A stretch of DNA of 62,278 nt, filler included, from Globobulimina sp. (taxonomy: Eukaryota), in NCBI GenBank assembly GCA_003354225.1. It is 33 parts of 33 records of this genome, joined end to end, with 100 filler letters (N's around TTAATTAATTAA, not from the genome) between each part and the next. Parts side by side here need not be neighbours in the genome. Positions count along the whole stretch, not along the records: positions 20,807 to 22,597 come from PIVH01011910.1; positions 22,698 to 24,488 come from PIVH01011911.1; positions 24,589 to 26,378 come from PIVH01011912.1; positions 26,479 to 28,268 come from PIVH01011913.1; positions 28,369 to 30,158 come from PIVH01011914.1; positions 30,259 to 32,048 come from PIVH01011915.1; positions 32,149 to 33,938 come from PIVH01011916.1; 26 more parts are not named here. One strand, 5' to 3'. Position numbers and translations under genes: made by a program. This document shows positions 20,808 to 32,211 of the stretch, piece after piece (positions within the stretch are counted from its first letter, which is position 1; each line of letters starts with the position of its first letter). Under the pieces are notes generated by a model, which searched no databases, was not told the origin of the DNA, and saw only the letters and a program-made list of their open reading frames with translations.

Positions 20808-21266
20808 TTGAATGCATGGTTAGCTACATTCCGTTTAATGGATATTATGAATAAAAATGGTTTTACAAACTATACAGTGATACAATACAAACATTTAATC
20901 GATTTTCAGCGTCCTCTTATTGCTTTGAATGAAATCGATAGAATTGTGCAGTTCTTATATGTCAATGGATATTATCAACAACAAAAAGATATTTTACATG
21001 TAAAGATGGACTGCATCATTCATTATTTGATGCCAATGGATTACAAAAGATTTGGTGTGATTCACAGAGCAAAGCCCGATCCGCGAATCCATTTAACAAT
21101 GCAATATGCATACAAAGCTTTAGAGGAATATGATGGTGGCTTTATTTGCAATGCGTGGAATCGAATCAAAAATAGAGCGGAAATATATGACTTTGGTGTA
21201 CCAAATGGTATTGATTGTAACAATAAAACAGCACAAGAGCTTTATCGTTCGATGAGATGGAATTAA
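20808..21266 (+). CDS. C-terminal fragment of a hypothetical protein (weakly sulfotransferase-like)
   Basis: 152-codon open frame; YTVIQYKHL...LNEIDRIVQFL loosely resembles the sulfotransferase YExL region. Confidence 0.45.
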   Translation: MNAWLATFRLMDIMNKNGFTNYTVIQYKHLIDFQRPLIALNEIDRIVQFLYVNGYYQQQKDILHVKMDCIIHYLMPMDYKRFGVIHRAKPDPRIHLTMQYAYKALEEYDGGFICNAWNRIKNRAEIYDFGVPNGIDCNNKTAQELYRSMRWN

Positions 21267-21398
21267 ATACTAAAACAATAATATAGATCTTTTTTTTCTC
21301 CGTAATTCCGATATTTTATAGACAATGTAGGTTTGTTCTGTGAATCACACCAAATCTTTTATAATCCATTAGCACAAGTTTTTAACTTTCAATATTTC

Positions 21399-22548
21399 AT
21401 GGCACATCTGGTAGTTAGAGAAGGCTGGCTTCAACGCCAAAGTACGCACACTCAGAAATACCGCTAACGTTTAGATTTACTTGTTGTGGATTTTATTGTG
21501 CACTTTAAAAGGTGATTGGTTACGCAAATGGCAGCCAACATGGGCTGTTTTAGACAAGCAAACTTTGCGGTTGTTTCAAAAAGAGAAGGAATATGTAAAT
21601 GCAACCCATACAATTGACTTAACCATATTTAACAACGTTAAATCATCGGAAGATTATACACATAAAGCGTACTCATTTGATGTTTATAGCTCAAAATCAC
21701 GACATTCCTTTGTGGCAAAATCTGAGCAGAATAAAGAAGACTGGATCAGAGATATTGGTACAGCCATTATACAATTACATCAACAAAACAAAAGACAGCA
21801 TAGCGATGATATTCAATATAAACAACAGCCTCACAATTTAGTTGAAACATTGCTTGCAGAGAATCATAAATTGCAACAACAATTTAATGAATATAAACAG
21901 CAACGTGTTTTTAACCAGAAATTGGATGACAAAGATGCTCAAATTAAACTGTTACAAGCTGCGATTTCCGACAAAGATAAACAAATTGGCTTTTTACAAT
22001 CTAAATTGCAACAAACAGAAGTTTTACTGGAACATCATTTTGATGAAAAGGAAAATAATGAGCTCGAAGATGTGGATCATTGTAAAATTAAATTTGAAGG
22101 TTGGTTATCTAATATTGTGCGTTTACCACAATATTTAACAGTGTTTCAGGAAAAGGAATATAATGATCTACGATTGATTGAATTTTTTGACAAAGATACG
22201 ATTGCGAATGAGATTGGTATTGAGAAAAAATTACATTGCAAATTGTTATTGAAAATGGCAAAGGAGTTTAGATTGTCACAAATGGCTTTTGATCAAAAAC
22301 TGTATGGGAAATATCATGAATTGCGAGAATATAAACAAGTGTTTGCAGGGAATGGTATTTTGACAGCACAGCATTTTAAAAATGAAATCAATGACAAACA
22401 AGATTTTATAAATAAATTCGATATTACTGACGAAACTGCAATAAATTTAATGTGGCGTATCATGTATCCTCATAAACAGAATGCAAATGTGCAAGAAAAT
22501 AACGAAGGTGACGGAATTAATGATAATGCAACTTCGTACCTACAATGA
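21399..22548 (+). CDS. PH domain - coiled coil - SAM domain protein; intron 21442-21511
   Basis: Spliced start MAHLVVREGWLQRQSDWLRKWQPTWAVL (PH), EDWIRDI, and WLSNIVRLPQYLTVF (SAM). The intron has a GCTAAC branch-like site. Confidence 0.85.
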
Positions 22549-22697
22549 AGTTGGTCTGGTTCGATAAATTTTGTGTTTGTTTCTGTTGTTGTTTGTANNN
22601 NNNNNNNNNNNNNNNNNNNNNNNNNNNNNNNNNNNNNNNNNTTAATTAATTAANNNNNNNNNNNNNNNNNNNNNNNNNNNNNNNNNNNNNNNNNNNN

Positions 22698-23451
22698 AAT
22701 ATGTATAAGGTTGCATAGCTTCAAAATACAATCCGCATAATAACGATGCTAAAAACAACTGATTTGTTAAAATTGCAATTCCGAACAATGTGGAATGCAA
22801 AGTAATGATTTCTATCATGTTTTTTGATGAGCGATAATGAATTGAGAATTCAGCATTAAACTCCATGATATTTTGCGATTCAATGCTTAGCACAGTTTTC
22901 TTCAGTTTCAATATAAATAATAAAATCAAGCTGCTGTTTAAAATACAATCATTAATCATCAATACAATAATCGCAGGCACTGCATATTTATAAAAGAATG
23001 CTACAGAATCCATGAAACCAACAATTATTATGTAATACACTGACGTTACAGTTGTGACAGTTATAAGGAGAACAAATAACAAATATAATTTGTTACTTAT
23101 TTGATATTGAGTTTCGTTAAAAGTTATATGTATACGAATCATTGCAATGATATAAAAGGAATTTGTTCCTAAATAATATCCAAAATCACCAAATATATTG
23201 ATTTTTGTGATTATTGGATGGAATAAAAATATATCTAATAAAGAGCAATAATAGAGGCGAGAGGCATCGCTTATTAAACATAATAAACATCCGATGCAAC
23301 ATATAATGGACACTGTAACATACAATTTGGATAATGACCGCATGTTGTAATATGTTTTATAAATGAACATAATTGCAACTACTACTGATAACAACAGACA
23401 CGCTGTGATTGGTGGAATGCATGTATAATAGAATAAAGTAAAATCATTCAT
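22698..23451 (-). CDS. Multi-pass (7TM/GPCR-like) membrane protein, 3'-partial
   Basis: Six regularly spaced hydrophobic helices with a longer polar loop after TM5. Confidence 0.65.
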
Positions 23452-23617
23452 GATTTTTGACTAAATTTAGTATTCTTGACTTGCATCTAAGACTAGTTTT
23501 TCTCTCATTTTAAGGATGACTTCTTATTAATAAGGTTTAATAAATGTCCTGACACATTACTTACACCTAACACATAACACGTACATTTACAATGAAACAG
23601 ATTATATAATGTAAATG

Positions 23618-24235
23618 CTAAAAACGGATTGCATTTGATTCATTAACATTGATATTACTGGCATTAGTTATATTGAGTGTGTGGTCATTATTTAATTGCT
23701 GTAACCAGACACCAACAATCCTCCGGGAGTGCATAACTGCGGACCTACTCGTTGAACCATCCCAAGACTCGCGGAAATACGATAGTCTTTGCATGTTATC
23801 TCTTCCACTGTTATTAAAACATGATTTATTTTGGATTCTGTAAACTCTGCCGTAGGATATATCTGCCCAAAGAGATGGTAATGTATTAGTTTTTTGTATA
23901 AATTGGCGCCTAGGATTTTTTGTCAGATTTTTTCTTCGTTGACGAGCAAATTGTGTCAGTGGATTTTTAGTCATTTGCTGATGAGCAAATGGATTTATTG
24001 TCAGTGGAATTCTTTGTCTGCCAAGTCTGTCCATAACTGGAGCCGAGTTATTACCCGCTCGGTTCCTGCTAATTGTGCGAATCATCGCTAATAATTTTTC
24101 ATCTGCTGCTTGACGTGGATCTGTTGCATTGCTCTTTTTTGTTTTTATAATTTCTCTAATGTTTTGTCTCCGTAACGTTGCATCTAAGATCCAAAAAGCA
24201 TTGACAACCAATAAAATAAACAGAAATGTTGACAT
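23618..24235 (-). CDS. Hypothetical secreted basic protein
   Basis: Complete 205-aa ORF with a signal-peptide-like N-terminus. Confidence 0.5.
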   Translation of the reverse strand: MSTFLFILLVVNAFWILDATLRRQNIREIIKTKKSNATDPRQAADEKLLAMIRTISRNRAGNNSAPVMDRLGRQRIPLTINPFAHQQMTKNPLTQFARQRRKNLTKNPRRQFIQKTNTLPSLWADISYGRVYRIQNKSCFNNSGRDNMQRLSYFRESWDGSTSRSAVMHSRRIVGVWLQQLNNDHTLNITNASNINVNESNAIRF

Positions 24236-24948
24236 TCACTAAAAAACGGAAGGAAAATAGGTTAAAAATATAATGTTAAAAGAGTCGCCCATCTGGTGAA
24301 TTGATTGGTTTCTTGGTGAACATTTTTAAGGTTTTTCATATAATGTTAAAAACAAAAACTGTATTTAATTCGCTTAGATTTCTAACAAAACATACTCGCG
24401 ACTATAATAAACAATATACAGTATAATTAACATTTCATATTTCATCATGCTTCAAAAAAACGTTTTTAACATTATTAATAAAATGTTANNNNNNNNNNNN
24501 NNNNNNNNNNNNNNNNNNNNNNNNNNNNNNNNTTAATTAATTAANNNNNNNNNNNNNNNNNNNNNNNNNNNNNNNNNNNNNNNNNNNNGTACAAACTTTT
24601 GTTGATTACTGTATTATGTATCATCGTAGCACAGTACAGAAGTGCAGGCGATAGACGACGTTACGGAAGGAAAAAGAGAGACCGACGGAAGGAGAAAAGG
24701 CAAAACAAACAGACATACATACGAAACATCTACTTATACATCCGTCGGCGGTTAGTCTGTCCGTCTGTCCGTCTGTCCGTCTGAGGTCTATACAAATCGT
24801 CAATTTGAGAGTTAGCGCTTTAATTTTTTTTTTATTAAGTTCAGTATACTTCACAATCCAAGCACTCGACATTAGTTTTTTAAATTAATGCTTAAATTAA
24901 ATTAAATTAAATTAATTATTGAATCAATGTTTAGTAATAAAAATTGTT

Positions 24949-25722
24949 GGCAGAGACGAAAAGGCGCAACACCGCATTTTACGCACTGTACGTGTAAGAC
25001 GCGACGAAAACAGCGCCAGTGGTTGCTGAACTGCTCCGAGCATAGGGCTAAAGATAAAAATTCGACAAATTAAATCTCTTTAAAGTAAAATTCACGAAGC
25101 GACAACTTTATTAAAGAGAAAAAAGAAATTACACACACGACACAAACGACATTTACATTATATGGTACTTAATATCTGCTTAAATAAAAATATCGACATT
25201 TTTTCACCAAACAGTTTATGTACTGAACAAAACAATTGTTTCCTCTTCTCCTCGCAGTCTATTTAGTTAGGTGAGTGTAGTGTTGGCAAAATATCGGTTT
25301 CAAAAACACGTGTATGTGTATGGCATCACTAAATTACAAAGTGTGTGTGTGAATGTGTATACACATGCTCAAAATTGACGTGTATACACGTGTATGTGTA
25401 TACGACGTGTATACACATGCCAACACTACGTGAGTGCTACAAGTAATTGCGACATTTAGTGTTTTGTAAACATTTTTAGCCCCATCTTTCAACCTTCAAC
25501 CTTCAATAATAATATTATTTGGTTGTCTATTTTCTGAATTATTTGCCATTTTTTATTCATTTAATTGCCTTTATTCTTTTTTAAAAGTAAAACGAAGAAA
25601 TACAACACACGTCGCACCATACAACGTGATTTCACAATCATTAACAAAAGAAAACGGTGCGATGGGCGCTGTTTGGTGCTGTGTATTGCGGTGTTGCGGT
25701 GTTGCGCCTTTTCGTCTCTGCC
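24949..25722. mobile_element. Non-autonomous Mutator-like DNA transposon, 774 bp
   Basis: 28-bp TIR GGCAGAGACGAAAAGGCGCAACACCGCA at both ends. Perfect 9-bp TSD AAAATTGTT at 24940-24948 and 25723-25731. Confidence 0.85.
25278..25428. mobile_element. hAT-like MITE (151 bp) nested in the Mutator-like element
   Basis: TIR TAGTGTTGGCA/TGCCAACACTA; 8-bp flanks GGTGAGTG and CGTGAGTG (7/8 identical); internal ACACGTGTATGTGTAT repeats. Confidence 0.8.
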
Positions 25723-26694
25723 AAAATTGTTTATGCTATCTGAGTTAGTTAAAACAGTCTGCAATCAATAAGTAAAAAACCGAACTGCTAAATTTCAACA
25801 AATATTAACAAAATATAAGATAATGTTATTACAATATCTGAACCTGTTATATAAAAAATATTATAAAGATACAATATTGCTATTATTTGTTTTGCGATAT
25901 CATTTTTACCCGTCATAAAAGATCATTTTGTTACCAGACCTCGCAATCTGATCTCTGATACTAAGGATTCGAGAAAAATTGCAAAAAAATTAATAAAAGC
26001 GAGACATTTTTGTTTTCAGTCATTTAATTGTTGGGTAAAGTGAGGAATTTTTTGTTCTAAAATAATATCTGTTTGCGTTTCGTGACAACACAATACTGCT
26101 TTTCGAATAAGGTAAGTATTTCACTGTCTTTTAATAAAAAATAATATTGTTGTGCAAATGCTAATCTACACCAACTACACGAACCCACCAAACTGCACCA
26201 ACTACACCAATCCTCACATATCTACTAATCGACGGGTAATAATTAATTATTTTTTGTTTTCTTTTTGGTGAGGTTGATCTTTTCTACATTAAATACATTT
26301 TATTTATCTCTTCTACATTTCTATATAAAATACAGTTAACATAACTTCTTTGGTCTTGCGAAGCAAGACGCATTTTCTNNNNNNNNNNNNNNNNNNNNNN
26401 NNNNNNNNNNNNNNNNNNNNNNTTAATTAATTAANNNNNNNNNNNNNNNNNNNNNNNNNNNNNNNNNNNNNNNNNNNNTCCCAACAACAAAGCAACAAGA
26501 TGGGAAATGATTGGGTCAATTACAAAATAATTCAGATTATCAATTACAAAATAATGCAAATAATGAACATCAGTCACCACAATCACCAATATTTAAATTC
26601 GCACATTGCCCACCACATAACCATCATCAAATATAATCCATAATGTGCGTAAACCAAAGAAATTACCACACGCCGCTGCCATACGACGAAATGG

Positions 26695-26837
26695 AGAGAT
26701 ATCTCTAGATACTGCTCAGAAATATCTCGATGTATACAGATGTATCTCAGATATATCATATGTATCTAGATATAACTGAGATGTATCTAGATATATCATA
26801 TGCTTCCTTAGATCCTTCCTTTTCAGAAACTCCTTTG
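26695..26837 (+). repeat. AGATATATCT minisatellite plus conserved tail; dispersed repeat family copy 2
   Basis: Ends TTCCTTAGATCCTTCCTTTTCAGAAACTCCTTTG, nearly identical to 1408-1441. Confidence 0.8.
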
Positions 26838-26993
26838 CTTAAGTCGTCTAAATATAAATACGAGCGTAGAGTACGCTTGTACGCACCCCGGCATTTACAT
26901 GCAGGGCAAGGTGTACGCGTCTCCACGCTCGAATTATTGACTTTCGTAAGTTTCATTTTTTATCTTTTGAGATCCGTTTTGATATTGGATTGA

Positions 26994-27064
26994 TGCGAAT
27001 CACATGATACGCATCATAAAGTATCATTTTTATATCAATTATGATGCGTATCATGTGATTCGCA
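26994..27064. repeat. Perfect 26-bp inverted repeat (hairpin/mini-MITE)
   Basis: TGCGAATCACATGATACGCATCATAA, a 19-nt loop, then TTATGATGCGTATCATGTGATTCGCA. Confidence 0.85.
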
Positions 27065-27458
27065 GCACTTAAAAAAAAGTATCTTTTCATCATCATTCAT
27101 CCAAATCCAAATCTTTTTTTTTCTTTTTTTTTCCTCCAATTTTTCCATTCAATCCGTGGTCATCCAAGGCCACAAATCCTTTCTTTCCAAATTCCTTTAT
27201 TTTCTTTTTTTCTTTTTTCAATTTTTCTATTCAATCCGTGGTGGCCTTTCCTTCTTTTTTTCAAATTTTTCAATTTTTTGCTTTCAGTTCGTGGTGATCA
27301 CAGACCATCATCTTTTTCTTCATTTTTTTTTTCTTCACCTATATTAATAAATATATGATCGAAATTTTTAAACTCGCAACTTGGCATGATTTTGAAGGGA
27401 AAACTGACACCTTCCCCTTAGGCTAACTTGGAATACATTCCCCTTAGGGTTTGGTTCA

Positions 27459-27648
27459 AATAAACCTCGACCAACATTGTCACCAAGCCCCGTCATAAAT
27501 AAATCTCGACCACTATATCACCAGCGGTCGCCCGGGATAAACCTCGACCAACATTGCCACCAAGTCCCCGTTAGAAATAAATATGTGACTATCCGCCAGC
27601 AAACCAGGTTTTGGTCGAAATAAACCTCGACCACCACGTCACCAAGTC
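27459..27648 (+). repeat. Degenerate ~39-40 bp tandem repeat with an ATAAACCTCGACCA core
   Basis: Four clear copies and one degenerate copy at about 40-nt period. Confidence 0.7.
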
Positions 27649-28475
27649 GTAACATTTTTTTTTTGTAAAAAAACGTAATATGTGCATGCAGTTGCTGGGA
27701 AAACTGTCGCGGCGTCAAAGGAATTAAATATTTCTAAGGGTACCCTTATGCGTGGATGTATAAGTTCGATTCCACCTTCTGCGTGGAGTTTACTCTTAAT
27801 TTTATTTTTACATAACTGTCATTGATACATTGGTTTAACAGCGTCGCACCAGCATTTGGATGATAGTAAAGCATATTGAACATAACTGAGATATAAAATA
27901 TTTATGCTTAAATGAGCTGCCCATGCTATTTGGTGCTTTGCTTGACCATTAAAATGGGATATGGACATTTTGTTCATTAAACACATTTTATTCTCTACAA
28001 CTATCAGCATTCATTCTCTTTCAATTTACAGTGTATCTGAGTGTAATATTTTGTTGGAGAGTCTACAAAATTTCAATGAGGGCTTGAGCTTTGTCGCTCG
28101 CCTAAATTAAAATTTTCCTATGCTCACTCTTTAACAATGTTTATTTTACAGTATAATATGTGTTTTGTTGCAATGTGTTTTGTTGCAATGTGTTTTGTTG
28201 TAATTCGATTGATAATATTAATTTAGTTTGTTTTGCTTCAAGTTGTGATATGTTTTTGGGGGGGGTGGNNNNNNNNNNNNNNNNNNNNNNNNNNNNNNNN
28301 NNNNNNNNNNNNTTAATTAATTAANNNNNNNNNNNNNNNNNNNNNNNNNNNNNNNNNNNNNNNNNNNNCACAATTCAAAAAGCGACAAATAGTACTCAAT
28401 GGTCATGGAATCGTGCGTCAAATTGTACCTACAATATCTACAATATTTATTCTCGATCGATAGCGATGGTATTCG

Positions 28476-29452
28476 TCATTTGCGCCTTTTGAAAAATGTT
28501 TTTTTCACTGCGACGATTTGGGAATCATTCAATTCATATTTTATATCATTTCCGGTCAAAACTATTAAATCCGAACGAGATAAGTCTTCATCGTCATCCA
28601 TCGAGATTTGATGCACCATCATCGAGGCACCGCCCAAGCTCTTCTTTGAATTTCTTAATATAGCACAGAAACATATGCATTGGCAATGTGGTATGGCGTA
28701 CATTGCATATTAATTCGCAGCATTACAATACATATGTTGCTGTTCTATAGCTATATACCTTAAAGACTTTGCGGTTTTTTTAATACACTTTCCTTTTAAC
28801 TGACGATCGGATTCGCGAAAGGTTATGATGTCCCCAACCGAATACTGACGCAAACTGTGATTGATTGGACTGAAATATTCCTCATTAAATTGTTGATGTC
28901 CAAATGTTAGCGCAAATGCAATGATTTCAAATGCAAACCAATAAACATAAAAAAGATACGCTAACACGTTAAATGGTGGTGTTATTATACTGCGCGATCG
29001 ATCCAACTCATATATTGTATCTATTTTCTGTTTGTTTACTTCCTGCAATGATTTATCTTTTACCATCTCGTAGGAGGAGGCCATCATTGCGATTAATAAA
29101 TTTAACAATAAAATGGTACCAAATATGCTGTAAAAAAACAACAATGACTGCAACATATTCGATCGAAAAGTACCAAATACTTCAACGTCACCAATATCCG
29201 CTGATGCTGTTTTATCCCAATCTTGCTGACCTATCAAGGTTTTGAATATATAAAATGAAACAGATGAAAATGTGCCTAAATGAACATCCACGACATTCAT
29301 TAAATCATTCCCAATGATATAGTATGCTGCAAATGAACCTCCAATGAAAAATAACGCCCAAATTAGAAAAAAATTCACGATATCACCCAACATATTCATT
29401 ATCATTCGAATTAACGGTCCGGCTCTCTCCGAGATTTTAAATAACGATGCAA
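28476..29452 (-). CDS. TRP channel C-terminal portion (S4-S5 linker, S5, pore, S6, TRP region); intron about 28654-28758; 5'-partial
   Basis: GPLIRMIMNMLGDIVNFF, LLLNLLIAMMASSY and TPPFNVL motifs. Confidence 0.85.
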
Positions 29453-29541
29453 CTAAATATACATTACATAGACAAACAATTATGAATAATTGTCCATAAT
29501 CCCGCTATATTTCTATAAATATCAATCAAAAATAACAAAAC

Positions 29542-30158
29542 ATGTCACAACAGCGTTTACGAACAACTTATAAAGGGTTAAAAAACGACTTCAGAGCCAC
29601 TCAAGAAAATGCACAAACTCGCTTGCAAGCACAGCATGCCATCACCAAGCAGCATTTTAATAAATCCATGAATGCGTTGGAACAGCAATTCAAAGAAACT
29701 GAGCGCCAACGCAAAATGCAGCAACTTATGTTGTCCAAACATTACAAGCATCAAAAAGATATTATGCAACAGAGACATGAGGAGATGCTGCGACTCAAAA
29801 AACAATTGAATGATATTGCAAATCATGAACAACATCAAACCAAACATGAGGAAAAATTACAAGAAAGACATGAAAGATTGATGCAGATCCAGACGGATTT
29901 TGATGTTCGAAGCATGAAAATCGATTCGAATCGCAAGTTATTAGAAGACAGAAAGAATGTAATTTTGCGAGAAATGAAGAAATTTGATGATTTGACCCAG
30001 GAAATGGGTAAACTCAATTTGAGCGGTGGGCAGTTGACTGAACAGCAAAAAAAAGAATTGGATCAATTTGTGGCGCAGCATCCAGAGGCAGTGGATGAGC
30101 CGTTTACTAAAATGAATAGTAAAACGGACAGTGATGGTGATGTGATTGGCGGTGAATA
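29542..30158 (+). CDS. Gln/Glu/Lys-rich coiled-coil protein, 3'-partial
   Basis: ATG in AAAACATG context and a long charged helical ORF. Confidence 0.65.
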
Positions 30159-30457
30159 NNNNNNNNNNNNNNNNNNNNNNNNNNNNNNNNNNNNNNNNNN
30201 NNTTAATTAATTAANNNNNNNNNNNNNNNNNNNNNNNNNNNNNNNNNNNNNNNNNNNNAAAGTACATAAAGATAATGCAGATAGAGATTTGCGAATTAGA
30301 CAAATGAGCCATTCACTTTTGATTGACGGTAAACATACAAGATTTACATATCACAATACAGAATATCATCCGTTGTTGGCTGTGGACATGTATGTTTCGT
30401 TGATATTTTATAAAAAACATGTGCAATTGTGAAATTTTGTAAAGGATTAATAATACA

Positions 30458-31394
30458 ATGATTGCTGGATGCAAAATTCCTGAAAAAACAAATATAATAA
30501 GCAAAAGATTTGGTATTAAGGGTTCACGAAGAGAATCTTTGCATTGTAATGTTATCTTTGGATATAACAAACAATTTAAATTAACATATTTACAAGAAGG
30601 GAATGGAGTTAGTGAGGATGGTGAATTGGATCCAATACATGGTTGTTATAAATTAAATGACAGTTTATTATCTGCAAAAAGTACTGAGGATGGTGCTTAT
30701 ATTTCAGTGTTTGTAGATATGAAACAAAATCCAAATAAACCAAGATTTGTTGGATCACATTCTGTGCATGGAAAACACAAAAAGTTATGTGAGAGATATT
30801 TTAACGTTTGTTTGAATGCATGACAAAGTAAAATTTGTTCAAAACAGAGCAAATCTTCCAAATGTAATATTTGCTGGCACTAGTTTTGAGAAAGTGAATG
30901 AAGAATTAGATGCAATTTTAAGGACATTTGATTTTAAGAATGAGATAAAAGATTGGAATTGTTATTTATATTGTGATTTTTGGAGAGAATTAACTTTACA
31001 GACTGTGTCTAAAGGAAATATGGTTCAAATTGCAAAATACAATGTATTGATGTTAGTTGAGTATATTGCACGTATTAATTTTGTAGATGGCAATAAAGAT
31101 GATTTTATCTTTGGATTTCAAGTGGAAAAAAAACGTTATTTACCAGGAAAAGTTTTTAAATATGGAAGAATAAACAAAGAAACGTTTTGTTATTTCAGAG
31201 TACAAGAAATTACATCTTTAGTGCGGTATGATCATTATTGTAATGACGATTGTTTATGGAAATCAGATTGTATTGAACATGATTGGTCAAACCCAAACAA
31301 AGTTATATTTCATTGGTTTACTAAAACTGGTGATAAAGGATTATATTTCCCGTTGTTGCAACGTGAGGCCAAACACATTTGCAAAAATGTTTAA
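30458..31394 (+). CDS. Hypothetical protein split into two overlapping frames (frameshift near 30820 or pseudogene)
   Basis: ORFs 30458-30823 and 30816-31394 abut with similar composition; no domain recognised. Confidence 0.4.
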
Positions 31395-31612
31395 CATTGT
31401 ATGTAAGTTATACCACACCAAAATAAATAGCTCGCTACATTGAAATAATGTAGTGCTACTGTTTGTAAATGAATAGCTCGCTACATTTTGTACTTGCAAA
31501 ACTTTTTAAGTCAACATCTTTGCAAATTGGTCATGGCGCTGTCCTGACACAAACAAACCGCTACACACAGACAGTCAGCCAGCCAGCCTAACAAACCACA
31601 AAAATCGACAAA

Positions 31613-32048
31613 ATGGCTTGCTTAAGTGCTAAACAATTGGATGGTTCATCTGTTCAAATTGCCGCAACTTTCGTTAATGATTTATTCACAGAGAAAAAAT
31701 CAAATAGCAACATTAATTATAATTTGGCTAAATATAAACTGCCAACACATAGTATAAATTCACACATTAAACAAGAGACTGTTATGAGTGTTAAGATTGA
31801 TTCTCTGTTAGATATAGACGAAGATTATGACAACAAGTATAGTAATCTAATGAAAATAAAATGGATTCAATTTTTGGCAAAAATGAATATTTATGATGAT
31901 TTTTCGTTTGTAACAAATACAAGACATAAAATGGAATATAATTGTGATGAATTGTCAGTTTTGGCATTGGTGATGAGTGATATATTAAATGAAGAAACGA
32001 TTGTAAAATATATGTTAAATGCAACTCATAGAGTTGAGTTGCAATCTA
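31613..32048 (+). CDS. Hypothetical protein, 3'-partial
   Basis: AAAATGG start; open to the contig end. Confidence 0.5.
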
Positions 32049-32211
32049 NNNNNNNNNNNNNNNNNNNNNNNNNNNNNNNNNNNNNNNNNNNNTTAATTAA
32101 TTAANNNNNNNNNNNNNNNNNNNNNNNNNNNNNNNNNNNNNNNNNNNNAAAAACTTTCTTGAACAATAAAAAAAGAAACAGTGTCAAACGTATACTAAGC
32201 AGCGTCACCGG

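Noticed and set aside
27440-27456. TTAGGGTTTGG as telomeric repeat
   Set aside because: Single internal occurrence with no tandem array.
27459-27648. CRISPR-like ~40-bp periodic array
   Set aside because: The conserved core is only about 14 nt, the intervening sequences resemble each other, and there are no cas genes. It is a degenerate tandem repeat.
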